From Lama guanicoe (Eukaryota): a DNA stretch of 64,000 nucleotides. The notes beneath the pieces were generated by a model. The model did no database searches, was not told where the DNA came from, and saw only the letters and a program-made list of their open reading frames with translations. Both the position numbers and the translations under genes were made by a program. The stretch lies in NCBI GenBank assembly GCA_013239625.1, contig MU053379.1:922974-986973 (forward strand), read 5' to 3'. Positions within the stretch are counted from its first letter, which is position 1. Each line of letters starts with the position of its first letter. This document shows, piece by piece, positions 50,165-62,478 of this stretch.

Positions 50165-51059
50165 CAAGCATACACAAGAAACTGAAAATAGTGGTCATGC
50201 ATTTGTAGGGCAGGGGGTGGAGGCAGATGGGAACTGGGAAGTTGGGACAAAGGTACAGGGAAAACATTTGGGGCACACTTTTGAAATGTTTTAAATTTTA
50301 GAAAGATATGAATGCATTGTCTATTCAAAAAATTTAAGTTCCAAGTATGTTTCCAGTTGACTTAAGGATTAGTTTCTACCTCTTATTTAAGAAAAGATGG
50401 ATTTTTGCCTCATTAGTAAGGCCTAACGGGATCCAGGCCTGAGGGAGGTGCAAAGATCTTTTCATCATTGGCTGCAGCTTCTACCCAGAAAGGTTATGAG
50501 TCAGGTTACCCTTTCCACTCTGTTGGGAGGGACACTGTCAGCAATGTCTCAGCTCTAAGTCCCAGGACCGTCTCTCATTGTTCCCCTCTGGTCTCCAGGA
50601 ACACAGGGCAGCTGTGGAGGACAGGGGTGGACTAAACGTGGGTCTCCAAGACCCAGCAGACAATGCAAACCTTCCCTCTTCGAACAGATGTCAGGGTCAT
50701 CACGTGGGCTTCGCACGTGAGTCAAAGGACGAGTTAAATGAACACATCCCCTTTTCTCATTTATTCTCTTCAGAACCCTTACCACCCTCAAGTTCTTATT
50801 TGCTTGTCCTGTGTCTCTCCCGGTGAGAATGTCCTCTAAGGGTACTCCTTCCTTAGAGCAGCTGCCCAGCACGTGGTGGGTGCTCGAGATCTGCCCAGTT
50901 AGTGATCAGATAAGTAACGTTGAACTTGAGATGTCTGTGAAATATCCCAGGCGAGATGTCAAAAATCAAAATTTGGAAGCATCTCCAATGTCCATCAAGA
51001 GCAGAATGGACAAACTCATGGTACATTCCTCCAATGAAATATGAATCACCAGTTAAAGC

Positions 51060-51530
51060 GAATGTGCTTATTCATAACAGCCAAAGGAAGAAACAACCAA
51101 AGTGGCCGTCAACAGATGAATAAACAAACGCAGTATATACATAGGATGGAAATTATTCAGCTTTAAAAAAGAAATTAAATTCCGACACATGCTACAACAT
51201 GAATGTACCTTGAAAACATTATGCTAAATAAAGTAAGCCAGACACCAAAACACAAAGACTATATGATTCCACTCATGTGAGGAACTTAAAATAAGCAAAT
51301 TCATTGCGACAGCAAGAGGACCAGAGGTTAACAGGGACTGGGGGGAGAAGGTAACGAGGGTTTTGTTTAATGCGGACAGTTTCAATATGGGATGATGAAA
51401 ATTTTCTGAAGATGGGTAATGGTGACGGTTGCACAACATTGTGAATGTACTTAACGTCACTGAATTGTGCACTTAGAAATGGTTTAGATGGTAATTTTTT
51501 GTTATGTATATTTTATAATTTAAAAATGCA
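51060..51530 (+). mobile_element. L1 (L1MB-like) 3' UTR
   Basis: catgctacaacatgaatgtaccttgaaaacattatgcta; ggtgacggttgcacaacattgtgaatgtacttaac. Confidence 0.85.
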
Positions 51531-51699
51531 AAAAAGATACTGATTTTTGCAGAAACATTGGAATATTCAGAAAACTAGAAGAAGGAAACTAATCACCCAC
51601 TAAAAAAAAAAAAAGGTTTGTCAAGTGTGGGAAAGATCCTGGCTGGAGGTATGTAGTTAGACATCATTAGAAAAAATTCAGGTTTTAAATCCATAGAAA

Positions 51700-52095
51700 T
51701 CAATTAATCACCTGAAGAGAGACTTGAGGAAGAGTCTGTGCTCCTAGGAATCCAAAATTAAGAGGTTGGGTAGAGAAAAGGGAGCAAATAAAAAAAAGCA
51801 AGAAAACCCCAGCGAGGCAGAAGGAAAACCAGAAGAAGCAGGGGTCCCAGAGGCTGAGAAACAAGAGTATTTCAAGGAGAAGGGAGCAGCCGCCCGCATG
51901 GAACGCAGCCCCTGGGGTGACCAGCCCGGAGGCGGTCAGGACAAGACAATTCCAGTGCGTGGTGGGCAGAAGTTGGTCCAGGAATGGACCGAGGACGAAT
52001 GGGCAGTGAGAAAATGAGAGCATGAGGGCCGATGACCCTCTCCCGGAGGTTGGCTGCATTGGATGGCGGATAAACTGGGTGTTGCTAAAGGCAGC
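51700..52095 (-). mobile_element. L2 LINE fragment
   Basis: Degenerate antisense L2 motifs (gtatttcaaggagaagggagcagcc...). Confidence 0.55.
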
Positions 52096-52314
52096 CATGA
52101 ATCAAGGGAAGTTTCCCTTCTGCCCAACTTTGGATTGCGAAAAATTTCAAACCTGCAGAAAGTTGAAGGATGTACTCAGCACAAGTCTCTTCACCTTTCA
52201 CCTTAATTCATCATTTGTTAACATTCTGCCATATTTACTACCCCCCCACACACACATATCTATATTCATTTTGGGGTGAATCATTGGAAATAAAGTTGCA
52301 AATATTCCTGAATA

Positions 52315-52502
52315 CTTTTTTAAATATATATTTTATTGATGTATAGTCAGTTTACAATATTGTGTCAATTTCTCATGTACAGCGCAATGCTTCAGTCATA
52401 CAGGAACATACATATATTCGTTTTCATATTCTTTTCCAATAAGTTACTACAAGATACTGAGTATGGTTCCCTGTGCTATACAGTATAAATTTGTTGTTTA
52501 TT
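52315..52502 (-). mobile_element. Younger L1 3' end fragment
   Basis: Reverse complement of the 3' end seen at about 60530-60705 (tttatactgtatagcacaggga...ttgtaaactgactata). Confidence 0.85.
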
Positions 52503-52600
52503 AAAAGTATTTATTTATTTTAATGGAGGTACTGGGGATTGAACCCAGGACCTTGTGCATGCTAAGTAAGCATGCACTCTACCACTGAGCTACACTCTCC
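52503..52600 (-). mobile_element. tRNA-derived SINE (camelid Vic-1-like)
   Basis: atggaggtactggggattgaacccaggaccttgtgcatgctaagtaagcatgcactctaccactgagctacactctcc is the antisense SINE head. Confidence 0.9.
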
Positions 52601-52859
52601 TGCCCTCAAAATACTTGAGTTTGATTTTCCTAAGAACAAAGCCATTCTCCTATTTGGCCTCAAGGCTATATCCCACTCAGAGGAATTTGACATTGAATCA
52701 ATTACATCATGTAATGAACAGACCATACTTAACATTTCTCCAACAGTCCGGGAACGTCCTTTATAGATGCCCTCTTCTTCCTGGTCCTGGATCCAAACAG
52801 GGCTCACGCATCCTTTTTGGTTGTCACATGTCTGTACTCTCCTCTAATCGGAAACAGTC

Positions 52860-52944
52860 CCCTGTCTCCCCTCCTTTCTCCCCTCCTTTCTCCCCTCCTT
52901 TCTCCCTCCCTCCCTCCTTTCCTTTCTCCCTCCCTCCCTCCTTT

Positions 52945-53016
<72 letters not shown>

Positions 53017-53062
53017 TCCTTTTTTCTTTCTTTCTTCCTTTCTTCCTTTCTTCCTTTCTTTC
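52860..53062. repeat. Polypyrimidine compound microsatellite (CCCCTCCTTTCT)n / (TTTC)n
   Basis: Long pure TTTC array; explains the K/E/R-rich and F/L/S-rich ORFs. Confidence 0.97.
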
Positions 53063-53760
53063 ATCTCTCATGGCACTGACACGCTTGAAGAGTTCAGGCC
53101 AGTTGTCACATAGCACATCCCACAGACTGGATTTGTCTGACAGTTTCCTCATGACCGGATTCAGGTTAAACATTTTTGGCAGGAATACCACACAGATGAT
53201 GTGAACTTCTCAAGGGAGAGTTTTTTTGTCAAAGATGGAAAATACTCAGCCTACTTAAACGTGGGTGTACATGATGCTGTAGATCAGGACAGGTGATGGG
53301 GAAGGAAAGTGGAAAAATGAATGAGATAATAACATCTTTAAATTGGTGGGGGAGGGGGCTTGGGGGACGGTGGAGCAGGAGGGAGGGTAGAACCAGATGA
53401 AGGGATTTACCCTGATCAGCAGCAGATGAGTTTCCTTGGTTGTAGCAAACAAGAAGGAGAAGCAGAAGATGGTGTGAAGGAATGAACACAGTCTGACCTA
53501 AGGGGGATGAGTCTGATCTGAGAGCTCCCACACTCTCACTGAAATGAGGCAACGTCAGCAGCAGAAATTGAGAGTCAGGGTAGAAGAGGGGAGGAGGGAG
53601 TTTTGAGGAAGGAAGACAAAGTATGACTCGGTCACTGAGAGCAGTGGAAAGCAGGCTTATTAGAGAAATATAGAAAGTTAGGCAGCATTGTTGGTGGGAA
53701 TGTAAAATGGTGCAGCCGCTCCAGGAAACAGTATGGCAGTTCCTCAAAAAATTAAACAGA

Positions 53761-54244
53761 GTATTGGAGCAAAGAGCACTGGCCTGCTATGAGGTTGTCA
53801 GTGCTGAAGAGTGGTGATCAGCGGTGCAGAGTTTAAGGTGGTAGCAGCACCTCAGCCCAAGAAGAGGTTATGCCACAGCAGGAGCAGAATTTGAAGTCTC
53901 AAGGACCAGTGGCTGCCATCAATTTGGACTCTCAAACTCTAGGCTTCCACTTTTGGTGTAGAAACATGCTTGCCTTGTGCTGGGCGTCAGAGGGACCATT
54001 CTTACCAATGAGAGAGCCAAGAAATTGAACTGGCAACCTTTTTCTGGAACAGGTACTTTTGGTGTCATTAAATTCATAAGTTTTCTAATATTATCTCTTT
54101 AACCAGAAGGAGCATTTGTACTTTTAAATACTGTATACATTTGTTAAGTTGAGTGAGGATCTAAGCTCTTTGAACTGAAAATTCCCTCCTGAAATTATCT
54201 CCATGGAGCTACCATAAACATAGTGCAAGAAAGAAAAAAAAAAA
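53761..54244 (+). pseudogene. Possible processed-transcript (retrocopy) 3' fragment, parent unidentified
   Basis: Non-L1 sequence embedded in L1, with a coding-like start, an AT-rich UTR-like part and an A-rich tail at about 54227-54244. Confidence 0.35.
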
Positions 54245-55500
54245 GACGGTTCTTTGAAAAGAAAAATAAAATTGATAAGCCTCTAGCCAGAATAAGAAAA
54301 AATGACCAATACCAAAAATGATAGAAGGGACACACTACAGATCCCATGAACATTAAAAGGATAATAAGGGAATACTATGGACAACTCTATGCCCACAAAT
54401 TCAACAACCTAGATGAAACGGACCAATTCTTTGAGAGATATAACATGCTACAACTTACACAAGAAGAAATAGGCTATCTGAATAGGCTTGTATTTATTAA
54501 AGAAATTGAATCAATAATTAATAACCTTCCAAAACAGAAAGCACCAGACCCAAATGGTTTCCTGGTGAATTCTACCAAACACTTAAGGAACAAATTTTAC
54601 CAATTCTCTACAATCTCTTTCAGAGCATAGAAGCAGAAAGAATACTTCCTAATTCATTCTTTGAGGCCTGCATCACCCTACTACCAAAACAAAAGACAGT
54701 ACAACAAAAAAAAACTATGGACCATTATCTCTCATGAATATAGATGCAAAAACCCTCAACAAAATATTAGCAAGTCAAATCCAACCATGTATAAAGAGAA
54801 TTATACAGCATGACCAAGTGGGATTTATCCCGGGTATGCAAGGCTGGTCAACATTTGAAATTCAATTAATGTAATCCATACTTGGACAGGCTGAAAAAGA
54901 AAAATCACATGATCATATTAATAGATGCAGAGACATCATTTGACAAAATCCAACACCCATTCATGATAAAAACTCTCAGTAAAGAACAAAGAACATCTAC
55001 CCCCAAAAAATCTATAGCTAACATCATACTTAATCAAAGTTTTCCCACAAAATCTTATGATAGGCAAGGATGTCCACTACTTTTCAACATTGTACTGGAG
55101 TTTCCAGCTAAGGTAGTAAGACAAGAAAAGGAAATAAATGGTATACAAACTGAGAAGGAAGACATAAAACTAAAGCTGTTCATGGATGACATGATTGTCT
55201 ATGTAGAAAATCTGAACCAATCAAGACAAAGACTCCTAAAACTAATAAGCAGTTATGGAAGGTTACAGGATACAAGGTCAATACATAAAAGTCAACCATG
55301 GGGGAGGGTGTAGCTCAGTGGTTAGAGCGCATACTTAGCATGCACAGGGTCCTGGATCCAATTCCCAATACCTCCACTTCAAACAAACAAACAAACAAAC
55401 TTAATTACTTCCCCTAAATAAATAAATAAATAAAGTCCATCACATTTTTATATACCAGAAGGAAATACACAGAATTTGAAACTGAAAACACAATACCATT
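54245..55500 (+). mobile_element. L1 ORF2 reverse-transcriptase region, degenerate
   Basis: ORFs IIREYYGQLYAHKFNNLDE...KAPDPNGF and [26 protein letters not shown]...RQGCPL...LFMDDMIVY. Confidence 0.92.
55300..55432 (+). mobile_element. tRNA-derived SINE (camelid Vic-1-like) inside L1
   Basis: ggggagggtgtagctcagtggttagagcgcatacttagcatgcac...; (caaa)n/(taaa)n tail; degenerate TSD aaagtcaacca/aaagtccatca. Confidence 0.9.
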
Positions 55501-55699
55501 GGACTGCTGGTGCAGACTCAGAAACCTAGCCTGAGCCCATCCTGCCAGACCCATGCTCCCAAATTTCCCATTTTCTCCAGTTAACCCACACACCAAGGCA
55601 GCCTGACACTCCCTCACATTTTCCCTGTCCCTCCCTTGCCCCATCCCTGCCCCAGTGGCCACTACCACTCTAAAAAAAATAATCAAGTCTATTTAGAGA

Positions 55700-55910
55700 G
55701 GGGGAAAAAAGAGGAAAAAGTAATCCAAAAGAAACAAACCAACGTAGGGAGCAGAAAAAATTTTCCTAATATATAATTACAGATTAAGTCTCAGAGAGAT
55801 ATGAGAATATTGCATCCAAGAAACGTAGGATGTGGGTGGGGGGGAGCAACAATTAGAAAACAAGAATCTCTGGAAATTAAAAATAAGATAGCCAAAATTT
55901 TAAAATTCAA
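55700..55910 (+). mobile_element. HAL1/old L1 ORF1-like host, 5' piece (continues at about 62480-62750)
   Basis: tattgcatccaagaa...ctctggaaattaaaaataagatagcc...aaattca, resuming after the long L1 insertion. Confidence 0.6.
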
Positions 55911-55911
55911 C

Positions 55912-58900
55912 ACAAGGAGATTTCTGCCTCCAGAAAGATGGAATAAATATACCACTAGCTTTTCTTTCTCCTGCATATGATTAAAAACCCTGAACATCGT
56001 ACGCATTTAAAGGAAATATAAGAAGACTCTGAAAGACAGAGAGTAGAAGACACATGATTAGGGGCCTTGGCGCCCAAAGAATGGCATGGCAACAAATTCC
56101 CTGGTTTTTCTTTTTGTGTTTTATATTCCAATAGGTGCCTGAGAAGCCCACAACCCAGAAATGCCAACACATACAGATTTTTAAAAGCCCTAAGAAAACG
56201 CTGTTCCTTAGCCAAAGGACTGGGGGCAAAGCAGCCCTGCAGGAAAAGTTGGAAGGTAGAATTATAAAATTACCCAACCTGAAAACCAGAGAGAAAATAG
56301 GCTTTAAAAAGAAAAGCAGAGCCTCAAAAACCTATAGGACTATGACAAAAGATCTAACATTTGTGCCATCAGAATCTTGGAAGGAAAGGAGAAAGAGAGC
56401 AGGAAAAATTGCTCAAAAAATAACGACTAAAAACTTCTCAAATTTGGCAAAAGACATAAACTCATAGATTTAGGAAGTTGTGTGATTCCCCAAACAAGAT
56501 AAACCTAAAAGAATCCACACCAAGATACATAATAAAACCTCTGAAAAATAAAGATAAGACAAATCTTGAAAGCAGCAAGAGAGAAATGATATGTTACCTA
56601 TAAGGAAGAAATCTGAATGACAGTGGATTTCTCATCAGAAACTATGGAGCCCAGAGGGAAGTGGCACAACATTTTCCAAGGGATGAAAGAATTGCCAACT
56701 CAGACTCCTGTATCCAGTAAAAACAGGGAAAACTAAGATATCTTCAGATGAAGAAAAACTGATCATTTGTCACGAGCAGACTTACCCTAGAAGAATGGCT
56801 AAAGGAAGTTTCCTAAATAGAAAAGAATCAATAAGATGAGTACTTTCGGTGTATAGGAATAAAATGAACATCAGGAAGAGGAAGGAAACAGTAAGCAAAA
56901 GTATGAGCAAATACAGAAGACTCTCCATCTCCTCTTGAGTCTCCTAAATTATGCTTGATAGTTTAAGAAAAATTATAATGCTGTCTGATGTAGTTCTAAA
57001 TGTACATGAAGGAAATATTTAATACAATTATGTTATAAATACTTAGGGTAAACTGATGTAAAGGGAAGTTAGTGGACTATGAAAAATAACTGTGTGAGTA
57101 ACTATGGGAAGTTATATGCATGTAATGTAATAATAACAGCAACCACCAAGCCAAAAAAAGCTATTCAAAGAGATATAGTCAAAATAATATAAATAAATCC
57201 AAATATAATTCTAAAAATGTTCAAGTAACCTATAGAAAAGCAGCAGAAAACAAAAACAGAGAAACAAAAAACACAGAGACAGCAACAGAAAATTAAAAAA
57301 ATTAAATGGCATATTTAAGCCCTAATAATATCAATAATTATATTAAATGCAAATGGTCTAAATACACCAAGTAAAAGACAGAGATTGGTAGAGTGGATTA
57401 AGAAACATGACACAGTATGCTGTCTATAAGAAACGCGTTTCAAATACAATGATAGAGGCAGAATGTAACAGAATAGAAACAGATGTGTCATGCATACATC
57501 AATTGAAGGAAAGTAGGAGTGGCTATAGTAGTATCAGATAAAGTAGAATATTACTAGAGACAGAGCAAGACATTATATAATGACATGGGTCAATTCACCA
57601 GGAAGACAGCTATTCTAATGCGTATGCACCAAACAACAGAGTCACAAAAAATGTAAAGCAAAACTAACAGAACTGAAAGAATAAATAGACAAACCCACAA
57701 TTAGCGTTGGAGCCTTCAACATCCCTCTCACAACAACTGACAGAACAACTAAACAGAAAATCACAGATACAAAATAATTCAACACCACCAGCGAACAACA
57801 GAATCTAATTAACATCTATAGAACATTCCATCCAGCAACAGCAGAACACACATTCTTTTCTACTTACCACATAACACATGCTAAGACAGACCACATCCTG
57901 GGCCCTAAAACAAACAAGCAAATTTAAAGAAATTGAAATTATGTCAAGTATGCTCTCCAACCTTGATGAAATCACAATAGAAATCAGTAACAGAAAGATA
58001 ACAGGAAATCTCCAAATACTTGGAAACTAAACAGCAAACTTCTAATAATCTACAAATCAAAGAGGAAGTCCCAAGGGAAATTTAAAATATATTGAACTGA
58101 ATGAAAATGAAAATACAACATATCAAAACTCCCAGGACGTAGCTAAAGCAGCGCTGAGAGGGACATTTACAGTATTAAATGCACACGTTAGAAAAGAGGA
58201 AACGCCTTAAATGAATAATCTGGACTCCCAGCTCAAGAACTTAGAAAAAGAAGCACAAAATAAACTTAAAGCAAGTAGAGGAAAGGCAGCTATCAAGGAC
58301 AGAAATCAGTGAAAATGAAAACAGGGAAACAATGGAGAAAAATCAGTGAAGCAAAGAGTTATTTCTTTGAGAGGATCAACAAAATTGCCAAAGCTCTCCC
58401 AGGCCTGACAAGGAAAAAAGGCACAAATTACCGATATCAGGGATGAAATGGCATCTCACTCAGCCTTAGTAGATACCAAAAAGATAACAGGGAACATTAC
58501 AAACAACTCTTCACACACAAATTTGACAACTTAGATGAAAGGGATCAGTTCCCCAAAATATACAAACTACCGTAACTCACCCAGTATAAAATAGATAGTG
58601 TGAAGAGCCTTGTAACTATTAAGGAAATTGAATTTGTAACTTAAAAACTCGCAAAAAAGAAGTTCTCAGGCTCAGATGTTTTCACTGGAAAATTTTATAA
58701 AATATTTAAGGAAGACTTAACACTAATTTGACACAATCTCTTCCAGAAAATAGGAAAGAAGGGAGTACTTGCCAATGTCCTCCCTTCTTTTTTATGAAGC
58801 TAATATTACTCTGATACCAGAACCCAACAAAACAATACAGAAAACTACAGACCCACATCTCTCATGAATATAGATGTGAAAACCCTTGACAAAATTCTTA

Positions 58901-61900
58901 GCAAGAAAAGTCAGTCGTGTATCAAATGAATCATACATAATGACCAAGTGAGGTTTATTTCAAACAGTAAAATATCTGAATACAACTTTGGTTCAGTATT
59001 TTTTAAACCTCTCAGTGTAATCCACCACACTACCAGTCTTAAGAAGAAAAATCACATAATCATGTCAATCAATGCAGAAAAAGCTTTTGACAAAATTCTG
59101 TAACAATTTATGATTTTTAAAAAAAACTCTCAGAAAAACAGGAATAGAGAGGAACTTCTTCAACTTGAAAAGGGAATCTATCAAAAAAATCTATCACTAA
59201 TGTTATATTTATTGGCAAAAGACTGAATGTTTTACCCATAAAATCAGGAAAAAGGCAAGTCAAGGCTCTCATGGCTCTTAGTTAAGATTCTGCTGGAAGT
59301 TTTAGCCAGTGTAATAAGGCAAAGAGAAAAACAAAACAAAACAAAAAAGTAGGAAAGATAAAAGGCATACAACTGGAAGGAAAAAAAATTGTTCCTATTT
59401 ACAGATGACATGATTGTCTATGTAGAAAATTCCAAGAAATACAGAAAAAAATTCTAGAATAAGTGAGTTCAACAAGGTCTCAGAAAATATAAAATACCTT
59501 AGAGTTAGAAAGATTTTTTTTTTAAACAAGATCCCCAAAGCCTGAAGAATAAGGCAAAGATTTGATGGATTTGACTATATCAAAATTAGGAAATTTTTCT
59601 TCCATAAAGAATGTGGAATCTGTTTATGAAGTTAGCAGATATATAGTAGACAGGAAGAAGACATTTTTTTAGTGTACAAATCAAAAAAAGGATTAGTATT
59701 TAGAATGTATATAATAGTTATGAAAATCAACAAGAATAAAAGACAAGAAACAGGAAAATCAGCAAAGGGTATTAATGGACAATTTTTAGAAGGGACAGTC
59801 TAATAAGACAAGATATCATTCTCACTATGATGAGAGAGATTCAATTAACTCATTTCAAGTTAGTTTATTATAATCAAATTGGCAAAATCCAAAAGGTTGA
59901 ATAATAAAAAGATTTCTGTTTAAAATGTATTTATCTGATAAATGCTGGAAAGGCTGTGGAGAAAGGGGAACCCTCTTACACTGCTGGTGGGAATGCAGTT
60001 TGGTGCAGTCACTGTGGAAAATAGTATGGAGATTCCTCAAAAGACTAAAAATAGACTTACCAAATGACCTAGCAATCCCACTCCTGGGCATATATCCAGA
60101 AGGAACCCTAATTCAAAAAGACACCCACACCCCAATGTTCAAAGCAGCACTATTTACAATAGCCAAGACATGGAAACAGCCTAAATATCCATCAACAGAC
60201 GACCAGATAAAGAAGTTCTGGTATATTTATACAATGGAATACTACTCAGTCATAAAAATGACAACATAGTGCCATTTGCGGCAACATGGATGTCCCTGGA
60301 GAATGTCATTAATAAAGTAAGCCAGAAAGAGAAAAAAAAAATACCATATGGTATCATTCATATGTGGGATCTAAAAAAAAGAGAAGAAGAAGACAAATGA
60401 ACTTATATATAAAACAAAAACAGACTCACAGACATAGAATACAGACTTGTGCTTGCTGGAGGGAGGGGGATGGGAAGGAATAAACTAGGAGTTCGAGATT
60501 TGTAGATACTGACAGGTACATATAAACTAGATACACAAGTTTATACTGTATAGCACAGGGAGATATATTCAACATCTTGTAGTAGCTCACAGTGAAAAAC
60601 AATATGAAAATGAATATATGTATGTTCATGTATGACTAAAGAATTATGCTCTACACCAGAAACTGACACAACATTGTAAACTGACTATAACTCAATTAAA
60701 AAAAAGGTGGGAAAAAAAAACAAGGTCTCAGGACACAAGGTAAACATATCAAAATCCATTGTATTTGCACATTCTAGTCATGAACAGTAGGCACCAAAAT
60801 TAAAACCACAATACCATTCACAACTGCACCAAAAGAAAATGAGATACTCATAGGTACATCCAACAAGACTTGTTCAAGATCTGTCTGCTGAAATGACAAA
60901 ATGCGATTAAAGAAATCAAAGCAGGTCTAAGTAAATGGGGAGACACAGTATGACCATGAGGTAGAAGACTCAACATAATACAGATGTTAATTCTTGACAA
61001 ATTGATATACCGGTCAAAATCCCACCACAGGTTTTTTTTTAGATATAGACAAGATTATTTTAAAATTTATGCCAAAAGGCAAAGGAACTAAGATAGCTAA
61101 AATAATTTTGAGACAGATAAATAAAGAGGGAGGAATCAGTCTGTCAGATTTCAAGACCTGCTACAATGCCACAGCAATTAAGAATGCATGGGACTGGTGG
61201 AGGGATAGCCAGATAGATCAAAGGAACAGAACAGAAAATTCAACAATAGACATACACAGACTTGCCCAACTGATTTTTGACAAAGGTATGAATGCAATGC
61301 AATGAAGGAAAGACAGCCTTTCCACGAGTGTGCCAGAGCAATCAGACAACCACAGACAAAAAAATTAACATCCACCTAAACCTCACACCCAATAGAAAAA
61401 TTAACTCCAAATGGATTGCTGACTTCAATGTAAAATGTAAAACTATAAAACTTCTAAGAATATGTGTGGGAGAAAATCTCTGGAATCTGTAGCTTATATT
61501 TGATACCAAAAGCACCATTAATAAAAGGAAAAATCAGTAAATTGGACTCATCAAAATTAAAAACTTTTGCTCTAGAAAAGACTGTGTTAAGAAGCTAGAA
61601 AGGTAAGTTATAAACAGGAAAAAATTGCAAGCCACTTAGCCAACAATGAACTACTGTCTAGAATACATAAAGAACTCTCAAAACTCAGCAATAAGAGAAA
61701 CAAACAATCACATTAGAAGATGGGCAAAAGACATGAAGAAACATTTCTGAAGAGGACAGACAGGGAGCGCACATGCACGTGAAAAGATGCTCAATGTTAC
61801 CAGCCATCAGGGAAACACGATTTGAAGCCACTCTATCAGTACATATTCATCAGAACGGCAAAATAAGAAATGGTGACAACACCAAATGCTGACAAGGACG

Positions 61901-62478
61901 GTGGAGAATATGAATCCCTCCCACACTGTTGAAGGGAATGTAAAATGGAACAGCCACCCAGGGTCTTAAAGAAGCTAAACGTGCAACCCCCATGTGACCC
62001 AGAAATTGCACTCTGGGGCAATTATCTCAGAGAAATGAAGACTTCTAGTCAGACATAACCTCGTCCATAGCAGCCTTATCATCATAGCCAAAAACTGGAA
62101 ACAAACCAAATTCTCTTAAGAGGCAAATGGTTAAAGCGATGGTAGGACGTTCCTACCATGCAATACTACTCAGCAGCATACAGGGACAACCTCCTGATAC
62201 CAGCAGTACCCAGGATGAATCCCTAGAAAACTATGCTGTGTGAAGAAAAAGCCAACTGCCAAAGGCTACATGCTGTGTGATGCCATTTACGATTGTCGAA
62301 ATGACAAAATTATAGAAATGAATGAAGGAGGGAAAGGCGTGGCTCTAACAGCCCAACTTGAGAGATCTGCCTCTTGGGTGGAGGGGGTACAGGGTCCGCG
62401 GGATCGCTCTGTATCATTTCTTACTATTACTTGTGTATCTACAATTATCTCAAAATAAACAGTTTAATTGAAAAAAAA
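55912..62478 (+). mobile_element. Long, degenerate near-full-length L1 (ORF1 remnant about 56.2-56.8 kb; ORF2 EN-RT-C-terminus about 57.3-62.2 kb; 3' UTR)
   Basis: Colinear L1 motifs (ttaaatgcaaatggtctaaatacacca; tatgcaccaaacaacaga; ctatttacagatgacatgattgtcta; ORFs 61069 and 61292) with many stops; aaaattca at both flanks. Confidence 0.9.
59484..60718 (+). mobile_element. Composite insertion: about 450 bp of old L1-like sequence plus a younger L1 3' end (about 59935-60705)
   Basis: 13-bp TSD aacaaggtctcag at 59471-59483 and 60719-60731; ORF 59925-60269 is L1 ORF2 C-terminus ([27 protein letters not shown]). Confidence 0.85.

Larger units (their letters stand above)
52120..53212 (-). mobile_element. 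L1MC-like 3' UTR (antisense) hosting an L1/SINE insert and a microsatellite
   Basis: aaatttcaaacctgcagaaagttgaa; tttcctaagaacaaagccattctc; ggatttgtctgacagtttcctcatg...ttaaacatttttggcaggaatacc. Confidence 0.75.

Noticed and set aside
52615..53191. K/E/R-rich and F/L/S-rich ORFs
   Set aside because: Translations of the (TTTC)n microsatellite
54346..55313. Functional reverse-transcriptase gene or retron-like system
   Set aside because: Fragmented L1 ORF2 with stops and frameshifts
54245..59480. Segmental duplication between about 54.3-55.5 kb and 58.4-59.5 kb
   Set aside because: Both are diverged copies of the same L1 ORF2 region from independent insertions
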